DNA of 64,000 nucleotides, from the NCBI GenBank assembly GCA_964016885.1, contig OZ024741.1:5084001-5148000 (forward strand), in the 5' to 3' direction. This document shows, one piece after another, positions 41,180 through 51,964 of the stretch (positions are counted from its first letter, which is position 1; each line of letters starts with the position of its first letter). This DNA comes from Eledone cirrhosa. Taxonomy: Eukaryota. The position numbers and the translations under genes were made by a program. Under the pieces are notes generated by a model that was not told the origin of the DNA, did not search any database, and was given only the letters and a program-made list of their open reading frames with translations.

Positions 41180-41372
41180 GGTGTAGGATTGGTAGTATCG
41201 ATAGAGGGTCGGACGCCATGCTTTGCCGCAAAGAGTTACGGCCCTTTATGGTCTGAGTTCAAATCCCGCCGAGGTTAACTTTACCTTTCATACTTACGGG
41301 TCGATAAAATAAAGTACCAGTAATGTACTGGGTTATTGCTGGCCTTGTGCCAAAAAGTAGAAACAATTATTG
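41180..41372 (+). mobile_element. Full-length tRNA-derived SINE
   Basis: Same A-box, B-box and core as the other copies, ending GTAGAAACAATTATT. Confidence 0.88.
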
Positions 41373-41419
41373 TAAATGATTATTGGTGGTCATACATATT
41401 TACTTTTACTTACTTAAAT

Positions 41420-42295
41420 ATGGAATGTTACGCGATGCCCCCCCCCCCACAGCCCCGGCGGACAGGATGGAGAAGGCGTTTCCTCTGAGGACGGCAAGGG
41501 AGACGCGCTGGAAAAGCCACTCCAACTCACGGGGTTCACACCTGCGGCTGACCTGTTCAGCGCCTATGGTGGTGAGTAGGGAGGTAGCCCTAGGGCCGAG
41601 GACAGGGGTACAACTGCAAACCTGTCGGAGAGCGACGGGTATTTGAGGAGTTTGGCCCCCTCATCCCGACGTGCAGCAGAACCTGGGTTAGTCGCAGACT
41701 GCACCAGGTTGCGGCTGCAGAAAGTGTCGGTGCAAGTGGCATCCCAGACGAAGGGTTTGCCACCGCGGAACGGGAAGATGGTCATGCCATCTGGCCTTTT
41801 TCCGTCCCCTCGGTCCAGCCCGACCGGCTCGAGCTGGGAAGGGAAGCCCGCAGCGTCCAAGCCATGCTTTATGACCTCGTTGAGGGCAGCATGGCGGGGA
41901 AGGCGGCCGGCACTGTGGCGACAGGAAAGCGGGTGGAGGCCGAAAGAGTCTACGGTGGATCCGCAGCGACATTGGTGTGGCTCGCAGATCCGGAGGCCGA
42001 GCCTCAAGGAAACGCTGATGCGCAGGCTATGGTTGTCTAGCTGCGTGCCAGTGGAGAAGGAGGACAGGGCATGGAGCCAGGCACCACTGTGGGGTTTGGA
42101 GGCTGCACGAAAGCAGGTATGGCGGTGCTGGTCGAGCTGGCGCGTGAGCCTCTCTGAGGCCAGGCTGCACTGGATGGCATCCCAAGTGCTTTGGGGGGAC
42201 TTGACGTCAACAGGGGGAGAAGGAGGAGGGACGTCTACTGGGCTAAGTCCCAGTCGGTCCCACGTCTCACAGGCGGCCTCACGTTCTCTGAACAC
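41420..42295 (-). mobile_element. 5'-truncated CRE-clade non-LTR retrotransposon (C-terminal zinc knuckle and restriction-like endonuclease), frameshifted
   Basis: ORF 41564-42295 contains SGAWL, CRCGSTVDSFGLHPLSC (CxC..H..C), RH and GDGKRPDG..WDATCTDTF (PD..D RLE). After a small deletion near 41606, another frame continues VLGPRATSLL...WLFQRVSLAVLRGNAFSIL, the typical CRE C-terminus. Confidence 0.8.
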
Positions 42296-42613
42296 AGAGA
42301 GTTCTATTGTGTTTTGTTATCTAACCTTCAAGTCACCTTATTTACTTTTTTGCTGAATTACACATATGTTGTAACACATACATACACACACACACATGTG
42401 TGCATGTATATATATATTTAACAAAGGGTATTTTAGTTGTTAGATGAATGATTATAACAGAGTTGTTAGATGTAATAACAAGAATAAAGATTTAGTTTAT
42501 ATATGAAGGTTTACTTCACTTGAGTCAAAAAGAACAATAAACATATTACCACGACTTGCAAAGGTTGACAACGTTATTTTGTTGTTGGTTCATGAGGCTG
42601 GTGTAGTCTGCGA

Positions 42614-42616
<3 letters not shown>

Positions 42617-42690
<74 letters not shown>
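42617..42690. repeat. (GA)n microsatellite
   Basis: Directly visible. Other long simple repeats include (TA)n at 36929-36966, 39705-39748, 43224-43291 and 50205-50270, poly-A at 39784-39810, and a CA-rich tract at 49755-50010. Confidence 0.95.
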
Positions 42691-42692
<2 letters not shown>

Positions 42693-42960
42693 ATGGTCTG
42701 TAATTGACTGTAGACCTCTGGGGCCTGAAGGTAGCGGTGAATCTTTACGTAGCTTGTAATAGCGTACTGTTCCAATCTCTCTGTATTTAAGGTGGGAAAA
42801 TATAGGCTTTATATACCTGTCGCTTTCTGTCTCCTACCTTGAGGGGATAGCCCATGTATGAACCTGTTCACACCAAAAGGGTGGTGACCTACAGTTTGAC
42901 CTTTAGGTGTCACCCAAGGTTCAAGGCGTGGACAGATTTAGCCACACACGCACACACACA

Positions 42961-43040
<80 letters not shown>

Positions 43041-43126
43041 GAGAGAGATATCCGTATGTGGTTGACGGCTGGGCTGTGAGAAAGGAGTACTCAATACCGA
43101 AGTAGAGTTTTAATATTCATATTATC

Positions 43127-43220
43127 AAGGGTAAAAAGTGAGTCTTGTTACTCTGGAGTTTCGCCTGTTTATCCAAATAAACAGGCGAAACTCCAGAGGG
43201 AAAAGACTCACTTTTTACCC

Positions 43221-43222
<2 letters not shown>
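43127..43222. repeat. Palindrome with ~46-bp arms in a Penelope-like pLTR remnant
   Basis: AAGGGTAAAAAGTGAGTCTT...GAGTTTCGCCTGTTTAT-CCAA-ATAAACAGGCGAAACTC...AAGACTCACTTTTTACCCTT. It contains a hammerhead-like 3' half CGAAACTCCAGAG and is flanked by (TA)n/(GA)n. Confidence 0.75.
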
Positions 43223-43295
<73 letters not shown>

Positions 43296-43355
43296 AACAA
43301 GGAAAAGAATGACTTCACCTGTAGTTCTAAATAATTTGATTTAATTTTATAATAT

Positions 43356-43925
43356 TACTAGCAGTGGTACCCAGCGTTGCACGGGATAAGGTATTTTGGA
43401 ACGCGGGCCGCCAACAGACCTAATCGTGGAAAAACTGCATGCCTGGACATTATGTAAAGAAAATAAACCGAATACTCTGATGGCTGGATAATCTTTAAGA
43501 TTTTCTTCGATGCAGCAGGAAAATGCAGGTTTTCACCTAATGCGCGCCCTAGGCGATCAAGAAAATCAATTTTTTTTATGTGCATAATATGCCTTGAAAT
43601 TTTGGGAAAATCAGCTAGATGTAACGCTTCAAAAAACCCCTAAAAAGCTGAAAAAAAGCGCAGGGCCCTAGGGGATCAAAAAGTTGAATTTTATGAGCAT
43701 AACATTCCCTGAAAGATAAGTAATACACATGTAAAGTTTGAAAAAAGTCGGTTGAGTACTTCTCGAGTTTTAGGGATTCAAACTCACAGACACACACAGA
43801 CAGACAACCTCAGGGAAGTGACGTAATGCAGACAGCCAGACATACAGATATATATTATAAGGGCGTGACGTTATATGTATGTATCTATCTAAAAAGAGAA
43901 AGACTAAGAATTATATAGAGAGATC
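43356..43925 (+). mobile_element. Putative non-autonomous Helitron/Helentron (DINE-1/HINE-like) element
   Basis: It starts TACTAGCAGTGGTACCCAGCGTTGCACGGG, has an internal repeated block TGTAAAGTTTGAAAA..GTCGGTT (also at ~44013), an (ACAG)n-like tract near 43787-43850, and ends TTATATAGAGAGAT. Confidence 0.5.
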
Positions 43926-44416
43926 GCTAAATCGCCTAATGCGGTCCCTAGGGCATTGAAAATTTGAAATTTTTTTTGCTCAGAACACTCCCTGAAACAT
44001 AAGTATTATATGTGTAAAGTTTGAAAACAGTCGGTTATCTAGTAAGTTCTTTGTTAACTTCGGTGAGAAGAATTTTAAAGATTCCTGGTTAACTTTCCTG
44101 GAGAACTTTCTCTCATTCGTCGGTGGCGATTGTCAAACTGAGATCAGGTTGTGTTGTGATGTGTAACTCTATATATAAGAGAGATTTGGCCGTGTCTGGG
44201 GGATGGGGTGCGGTGTTAATGGGTGTGGGGGTGAAGGAGTGTTGATGAAGATTTAAAGGAATTAAAGCATACAGACACACAGACACACAGGCACAGTGAA
44301 CATGGTGAAGGTTGACAGCAAAATAAGAGTGTTTAAGAAGGGTGCTGTAACAGTCTCCTCCTGCTTGTTCCACTTCAATAAATGACCTTTGATGAATGTA
44401 ATATATATATATATAT

Positions 44417-44464
<48 letters not shown>

Positions 44465-45239
44465 TGGAAATTGGAAATACCACGGAAAATACATTTAAGG
44501 GTCTGTTTTTCTTTCTTTTCCTTTCTTTGATTCAAGTGACATTATTGAAAAAATGAGAGACAATTCTTTTAAAAAAAGAGTTTTATAAAGTATATAAAGT
44601 ATTACCGGTTTCGATATATTATCAAATGTTGAGTATTACAATTAAAAAGAATTAATAAGGATAAAAAATTAAAAATTAAAGATTTAAAATTAAGTGTTGA
44701 GGCAAGTTTTTTCATCTTCTTTGTTGAGAAGGAGACTGGAAAATGAACTCTTGTGTATAGAGAGGTGGTAGTAGTAGTAACAGTGTATAGAGAGGTGGTA
44801 GTAGTAGTAACAGTGTTGATAGTTGTGTTTCTACACATAGAGCAAACTTGTTTTTAGGGACAAAGGAAATATTCTGTAAAAGAAATTCTATTTTGGGGAT
44901 ATGGTTTTAGAGAGTATGAGTGTGTAGGTGTGAGAGTGTATATATAAAAAGATACACGTGTGAGTGGAGTGTGGTGTGTGTGAGCTTCAGTCTGTCACAG
45001 GTCCCTTTGTGGTGGGAAATTAAAAAAAGGAAAATATGTATATGAGCAATTTTTTCTCTCTTATTTCGGTGTGTGTGTGTGTGTGGCAGAGAGAGAGAGA
45101 ACCTAATGGGGTGATTACATATTTAATTTTGGTTTAAATTTGTTAATAAATAGTTTTTCTTTATTTATTCTTTGTTGTTGAGTGAAAGAATCGGAGCACT
45201 TATAAAGGGGGGGGGGGGGGGGAGATTTTAAAGTTGGGT

Positions 45240-45890
45240 AGGATCATTCCTGCACAATCTGGCTACTTAAGAGGATTTTTCTTGTATTTACGTCTCGGAT
45301 TTGTTGGCGATGGATGGTCATTCTTTTTCATAATGACAACCCCGTCTGTCCTATATAGCTATGTCGACAGCCACCACATATGATTACGTAGATCAGGTCC
45401 TCTGAGTTGCAAGTGAAGTTTTTCACTGTGAAAGTTTGGCCATCTTTAAATTGAATCTATGTCCTTCAATTAAGTATAAGCATGTGCCAGAGTTTGTTCT
45501 TCCGCATTTTGTTACCGTAAGGCTGGAGATTGGTTTGTGTATATTTGTCCCAGTGAGAATGTGTTTTAGTGATTTGGGGTGCCTTTTACTTTTACTGATC
45601 TTGTGTGTTTCTACAGTTTTTTGTTTTTTTTCATATTTTTCATCTTTAAATAGAATGGGAAGGTTTTTGTGTAGGAGGTCGAAATTTCGGTGTTTCTGGT
45701 GTTGAACGTGGATACATATGGTAAGGTATTGTTTGTGGTTCTGTGCTTTGGGTTGTTGGGTTGATGAAAATTTGCGTGTTTTGCTCTGTCTATTCCGTTA
45801 TTAGTTATGTCAAGTGGGAAAGCTCTTAAGGTAAGTTCCCGTTTAGCTGAGTTTGATACTATGGTGCATATACGTTTGGGAAATGGCAGT
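45240..45890 (-). pseudogene. Degenerate Penelope-like element: RT C-terminus, Cys-rich linker and GIY-YIG endonuclease
   Basis: Manual minus-strand translation across frameshifts and stops gives KRICTIVSNS..., YVSTFNTRNTEI, SKRHPKSLKHILT, TKCGRTNSGTC and NFTCNSEDLIYVIICGGCRHSYIGQTGLSL*KRMTIHRQQI. It is not in the ORF track. Confidence 0.8.
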
Positions 45891-46374
45891 TCGGGGACCT
45901 AGGATACCTGAAGTCTCGACAGGAAACGGCGTGAAAAGGAAGTGATCTGTCAAATTCCAGTATTTGGCAATTTTAAGGAAATAAATGTTAACATGGATTT
46001 TATAAAAAGGAAAAAAAAGTAGAGTAACTTCCCTTCAATACTGTGGCAAGGGAGAAAACTCTTCCTTGTAAAATTGTGTAAGTTATATCAACTGATCATG
46101 CTGTGAATAAGAGATTCAAAGTTAATCACTTGACAATCTAGGTATAGCAGTCAAATCTCCACCAAACCAACCACTACTGTCTTTAAAAATGGGATTTTTT
46201 TTTGCATACGTCATTTAAAAACATCGGTCATTAAACTTAGTTACAAAACATAAGAGAAGAGAGAGAGCTACAACAATAAGAGAGACAGAGAGAGGCAAAC
46301 ACGATTGGTTGGATGGTATATTTGAATTGTGATACACGAGGGAGAAAATGGCGAAATCATTGCCGTGGAAAACA

Positions 46375-47860
46375 ACCAGTGATACAATGCCCCCATTACA
46401 CTCTGTAAAGTGGTAATGTTGGTGCCACAATAAAATACACCCAGTTCCCTCTGTAAAGTGGTAGTGGTGGTGTCATGATATAATACACCCAGTACACTCT
46501 GTAAAGTGGTAATGTTGGTGCCACAATAAAATACACCCAGTTCCCTCTGTAAAGTGGTAGTGTTGGTGTCATGATATAATACACCCAGTTCCCTCTGTAA
46601 AGTGGTAGTGGTGGTGTCATGATATAATACACCCAGTTCCCTCTGTAAAGTGGTAGTGGTGGTGTCATGATATAATACACCCAGTACACTCTGTAAAGTG
46701 GTAGTGGTGGTGTCATGATAAAATATACCCAGTTCCCTCTGTAAAGTGGTAGTGTTGGTGTCATAATATAATACACCCAGTACACTCTGTAAAGTGGTAG
46801 TGGTGGTGTCATGATAAAATACACCCAGTACACTCTGTAAAGTGGTAGTGTTGTTGTCATGATACAATGCCCCCATTACACTCTGTAAAGTGGTAGTGTT
46901 GGTGTCATGATATAATACACCCAGTATGCTTTGTAACGTGGTAGTGGTGGTGTCATGATATAATACACCCAGTACACTCTGTAAAGTGGTAGTGTTGGTG
47001 TCATGATATAATACACCCAGTTCCCTCTGTAAAGTGGTAGTGGTGGTGTCATGATATAATACACCCAGTTCCCTCTGTAAAGTGGTAGTGGTGGTGTCAT
47101 GATATAATACACCCGGTACACTCTGTAAAGTGGTAGTGTTGGTGTCATGATATAATACACCCAGTTCCCTCTGTAAAGTGGTAGTGGTGGTGTCATGATA
47201 TAATACACCCAGTACACTCTGTAAAGTGGTAGTGGTGGTGTCATGATAAAATACACCCAGTACACTCTGTAAAGTGGTAGTGTTGTTGTCATGATACAAT
47301 GCCCCCATTACACTCTGTAAAGTGGTAGTGTTGGTGTCATGATATAATACACCCAGTATGCTTTGTAACGTGGTAGTGTTGGTGTCATGATATAATACAC
47401 CCAGTTCCCTCTGTAAAGTGGTAGTGGTGGTGTCATGATATAATACACCCAGTTCCCTCTGTAAAGTGGTAGTGGTGGTGTCATGATATAATACACCCGG
47501 TACACTCTGTAAAGTGGTAGTGTTGGTGTCATGATATAATACACCCAGTTCCCTCTGTAAAGTGGTAGTGGTGGTGTCATGATATAATACACCCAGTACA
47601 CTCTGTAAAGTGGTAGTGGTGGTGTCATGATAAAATACACCCAGTACACTCTGTAAAGTGGTAGTGTTGTTGTCATGATACAATGCCCCCATTACACTCT
47701 GTAAAGTGGTAGTGTTGGTGTCATGATATAATACACCCAGTACACTCTGTAAAGTGGTAGTGTTGGTGTCATGATATAATACACCCAGTATGCTTTGTAA
47801 CGTGGTAGTGGTGGTGACATGATATAATACACCTAGTACACTCTGTAAGCTGGTGGTGTG
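46375..47860. repeat. 48-bp minisatellite (~31 units), stop-free in one minus frame
   Basis: Unit ATACACCCAGTACACTCTGTAAAGTGGTAGTGGTGGTGTCATGATATA. It produces ORF 46268-47998 with 16-aa repeats (LGVLYHDTTTTTLQSV). Confidence 0.97.
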
Positions 47861-48251
47861 ATAAAATAGTATCATCATCTGGGGGGGGGGGGGGTTTATT
47901 GCACAGAATGCAATTCTCTCTAATCTGTTTGCTCTGCCATTACTTATAGTAGGTGATCTCGGGGGGGGGGGGGGGGGGGACTCAGAATCCTCGCACAATT
48001 GCTTTATCTACTCTCGGGTCCCAAATAATAGACGGTTGGATTAAGTGGAGTGGGTGTGGAATAAGGGCAGGGGTTTGGGGTTGGAACATTAATAAGTAGG
48101 TAGGGGACGATTATTTGAGACCTGAGAGTAGGTTTGATGTGGTCAGCCATATTTCTACCTCTGCTTCAGTTTCCAAACAAGAATGTCGCAAGGGATCTCA
48201 TCCTTTGCTTTCTCCAACAATGTTGTGATATATAGGTGGTAAATTACCTCG

Positions 48252-48538
48252 TAGATGTCCCTTTGTAGGGTCTCCAGATGTCCTTTTGTAGGGTCTCCAG
48301 ATGTCCTTTTGTAGGGTCACCAGATGTCCTTCTGTAGGGTCACCAGATGTCCTTCTGTAGGGTCACCAGATCTCCTTTTGTAGAGTCACCAGATGTCCTT
48401 CTGTAGGGTCACCAGATATCCTTCTGTAGAGTCACCAGATGTCCTTCTGTAGGGTCACCAGATGTCCTTCTGTAGGGTTACCAGATGCCCTTCTGTAGGG
48501 TCACCAGATGTCCCTTTGTCTCTGGACATCTGGAGACA
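48252..48538. repeat. 23-bp minisatellite (~12 units) ending in an inverted partial unit
   Basis: Unit GTAGGGTCACCAGATGTCCTTCT. GGACATCTGGAGAC at ~48525-48538 is the reverse complement of the GTCTCCAGATGTCC found in the first units. Confidence 0.93.
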
Positions 48539-48550
48539 ACATGAATAGAC

Positions 48551-49413
48551 ATCATCATCATCACCGTTTAATGTCCATCTTCCACGCTAGCATGGGTTAG
48601 ACGGGAGTTGTCCCACTTGAGGCAAGGTTGGTCGGGTGACCGTGTCTTACTCATATAGGACTATCTGGTAGGTTTTCTACGACTGGATGCCCTTCCTAAC
48701 ACCAACCACATTTACAGTGTGGAACTGGGAACTTTTTACCATGTTACCTACACGGCCACATTACAGCGTGGACTGTGTGTTTTTGTCGTGACACCTACAC
48801 GATCTCGATCTCATTAATTTGGACTGGATGTTGTGGTACCAACTTTACAGAGAAAGGGTGGTGTTGGTGGCAGGATGGAGTAGGGGTAGTGGGTTGGGGT
48901 GTATATTTGGTTAAGAGGTGCCTACTGACTGTAGGTTTCGCTTAGTTTATAGGCAAGGCAGGTCTTCTGTATTACTGTGTAGCGCCAAAGATCTCGGTCC
49001 AGTGACATTGTCTTAGAGATGTGTAAGTGTGCAAGATCGGAATTTATCAAATCATCCCAGGTTTTTCTGGGTCTGCCTACTTCGTAACTTCCATCAATTT
49101 TGATCGCCCTGCACTTTTTTATACAGCTGTCGTCTTTCATGTGCATCACGTGACCATACCAACGTAGCCTTCTCTCGAGTAAACAGCATCTGATCCCTCT
49201 TATTCCTAATTTCTCACTTAGTTCGTTTATGCTTTGCCGTTCGTGTATATTACTATTACACATCCAACGGAGCATGCATGCTTCGTTCCTCTCCAATCTG
49301 CGCAGATCCTCTGCACACAATGCCCATGTCTCGCTGCCATGTAGCATTGCTGTTCGTATGCAGGCATCATACAACCTGCCTTTCGTTTTTAGGGAGAAAC
49401 CTTTAGCGGCCAA
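48551..49413 (-). mobile_element. 5'-truncated RTE-clade LINE (ORF C-terminus, 3' UTR and (GAT)n tail)
   Basis: ORF 48922-49413 contains KGRLYDACIRTAMLHGSETW, MLRWMC, RRLRWYGHVMHM and GRPRKTW. The downstream 3' UTR matches 39351-39569 and ends in (GAT)n, seen as (ATC)n at 48551. Confidence 0.85.
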
Positions 49414-49546
49414 TAGTGGTATCAGCTCATCAGTAGACAGAATATAAAATATACAATAAAGACTAATTATATATATGAATGGAAGTGCCCCAGCATGGGC
49501 TCAGACTGTCGTGAGGAGCACCTAGCAAAGTATTATATGTATAAAA

Positions 49547-49735
49547 ATGGTGGTACCATCAGACACCATGCTTTGCGGCATAGAGTTATGGCCCTTTACA
49601 TGTTCACTTCAAAACTTGCCGAGGTTAATTTTGCCTTTCATCCTTACGGGGTCGATAGAATAAATACCAGTAATGTACTGGGTTCGATTTAATCGACTTT
49701 CCCCTCCCCCAAAATTGTTGGCCTTGTGCCTATAT
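49547..49735 (+). mobile_element. Diverged SINE copy
   Basis: GCCGAGGTTAATTTTGCCTTTCATCCTTACGGGGTCGATAG...GGCCTTGTGCC. Confidence 0.8.
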
Positions 49736-50202
49736 ATATAAATGGTGATGCCTCAGCACATACATACTCATGCACACACATACATACACATGTATGCACT
49801 CACATATACACACACACACACATACATACACACACATACACACACATACACACACGCACATATAGACACACACACATATACACACACACATATATAAACA
49901 TGCCCGCACTCACATATACATACATAAACATGCCCGCACTCACATATACACACACACACATACACACACATGCACACATGCACACATATACTTGCACACA
50001 CACACACATGAGAGTTCCCCACACGCAGAAAAAGGGATATTTAAGTCCCGAAATATTAGGACAGAAAAAGAAAATACAATAATTACAAATACCCGGTGAC
50101 AAACTTTATTGTTGCTTCATTTCATATTGTCTTAACCTTCTTAAACATATTATTTACATATGAATATAAATATATATATTGTCGTTTTAACGTTTGCTTT
50201 CC

Positions 50203-50274
<72 letters not shown>

Positions 50275-50275
<1 letters not shown>

Positions 50276-50890
50276 ACTCTCCCGTCAATATCTGACGTAT
50301 GAGTGTCCAACAAAAGTTCAGCTTTCTGGGTGGTGGTGTCTCATGTGACATTTCAATCCTACCAGTGATCCACAGACCCAGCCACATAGGTCACAAGAGC
50401 AAGAGTTTGTGGGGAGTCTTGCTTTGTCCCTGTTCGGTCAACATGCAATTTTTCTATGTGACTGGATTCAAAGCTTTTGATCGCACCATGGCACCTTTCT
50501 CTCCAGTCCTTTCTGTCAGCAGCAATTTGTTCACAATCATGGAAAGGGATTGCAAGAGCAGTGAGATTTGATTTCAACTTATCCTTATATCGTAGCCATG
50601 GTCTACCAAGATTCCTGATGCTGCTGCTAAGCTGACCATACATGAAAACTTTTGGAATTCTGTCGTCACTCATGCGGATGACATGGCCAGCCCAACGAAG
50701 CTGAGATTTCATAAGGAAAGTTTCAATTCCCCCAAATGATGCATTTGGTTAGGATGTCAGTATTGGAGATTTTATCTTCTCGCACATGACCATAGATGGA
50801 TCTCAAACATCCTTTGTGGAACACACCCAGCTGGTTTATGTGTGACCGGTATGGTTTCCAGGATTCTGATCCATAAAGCAAAGTCGGCAC
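50275..50890 (-). mobile_element. RTE (BovB-like) LINE C-terminal fragment, frameshifted
   Basis: PTLLYGSESW..HINQL..FH..CLRSI (ORF 50723-50950), then QLRWAGHVIRMSDDRIPK..YGQL..R..GRP.LRYKD.LK (ORF 50359-50712). Bounded by microsatellites. Confidence 0.82.
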
Positions 50891-50900
50891 ACACACACAT

Positions 50901-50941
<41 letters not shown>

Positions 50942-51204
50942 CACGTCCAAGAGTAACCAATATTAAAGAGAGAGATGGAGATAGGAGAGGAGAGATTGGT
51001 GAATTAGTTAGAAGCCAAAGCGTAAAGGCATGTGCTCAATGTGCAATATGCAGTAGAAAGCAGCTAGGTGGCTGGGTTCATGCAGAGGTTAGGTGCGCAG
51101 AGCTGGAAATATTCATTAGTTAAGCAAAACAAGGCCACAAATTTCACAAGGAAGACATTATTAAAAGATTGTCAACATATTTTAGTTTGATGTAAGGAGT
51201 GTAG

Positions 51205-51279
<75 letters not shown>
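51205..51279. repeat. (AAT)~25 microsatellite
   Basis: Perfect trinucleotide run immediately left of the retroelement array. Confidence 0.98.
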
Positions 51280-51964
51280 TATTGTTATAAGGCTCAAATA
51301 TTCAAATATTCAACTTTGTATTGTACATTGTATATTCAAAAAAGAAAATGGCTATAAATGGAAGAAGAAGAACCCCCCTCCTCTGTCTACACTATATAGA
51401 ATAGCCAAACAACACCAATCTCACCAACACCAGAAACTAGATACACCACCTACCCCATCACCTCTCTGTGTACACTAAACACAACAGCCAGATAACGGCC
51501 ACTGCCATCATTACTACCACTATCCCATCACCGCCGCCACCACTCCTCCTCCTTCATTGCTACCACCGCTACAACACCATCACTACAGTAATACGATCAC
51601 ATCACCACCACCACTGCCTCAGTATCGACATCACCACCACCACTGTCTCAGTATCGCTGCCACCACATTATAGAATTCCTACTAAAAAAGAGGAAGGCAT
51701 CAAAATATATAGATAGACTCAAAAGAAAAAAACAAACATTAAAACCAAAGCAGCACAGCAACAACATCAAAAAAAAAAAGAGAAAAACAAACAGAGAAAA
51801 ACAAAAACAAAAAAAACGTAAAGAAAATAAGAATGAAGAGAGAAACAAGCGGACGGACAGAGAAGAGAGGGGAAAAACTAAGTCAGACATTCGAACACTA
51901 CATTACAATGAAACTTATGCTTATTCATTTTTGGGGTTTTTTCTGCCTGTTTGTTTGTTTGTTT

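Noticed and set aside
41643-42356. 237-aa plus-strand ORF
   Set aside because: It is the antisense shadow of the GC-rich CRE coding sequence.
44752-44815. Short two-copy direct repeats (also ~34518/34595 and ~49893/49925)
   Set aside because: These are ordinary slippage duplications with no further structure.
34279-51890. Numerous short ORFs (YIYI, SLSL, HTHT, CVCV-rich)
   Set aside because: They are translations of microsatellites, SINEs or low-complexity DNA, with no recognisable domains.
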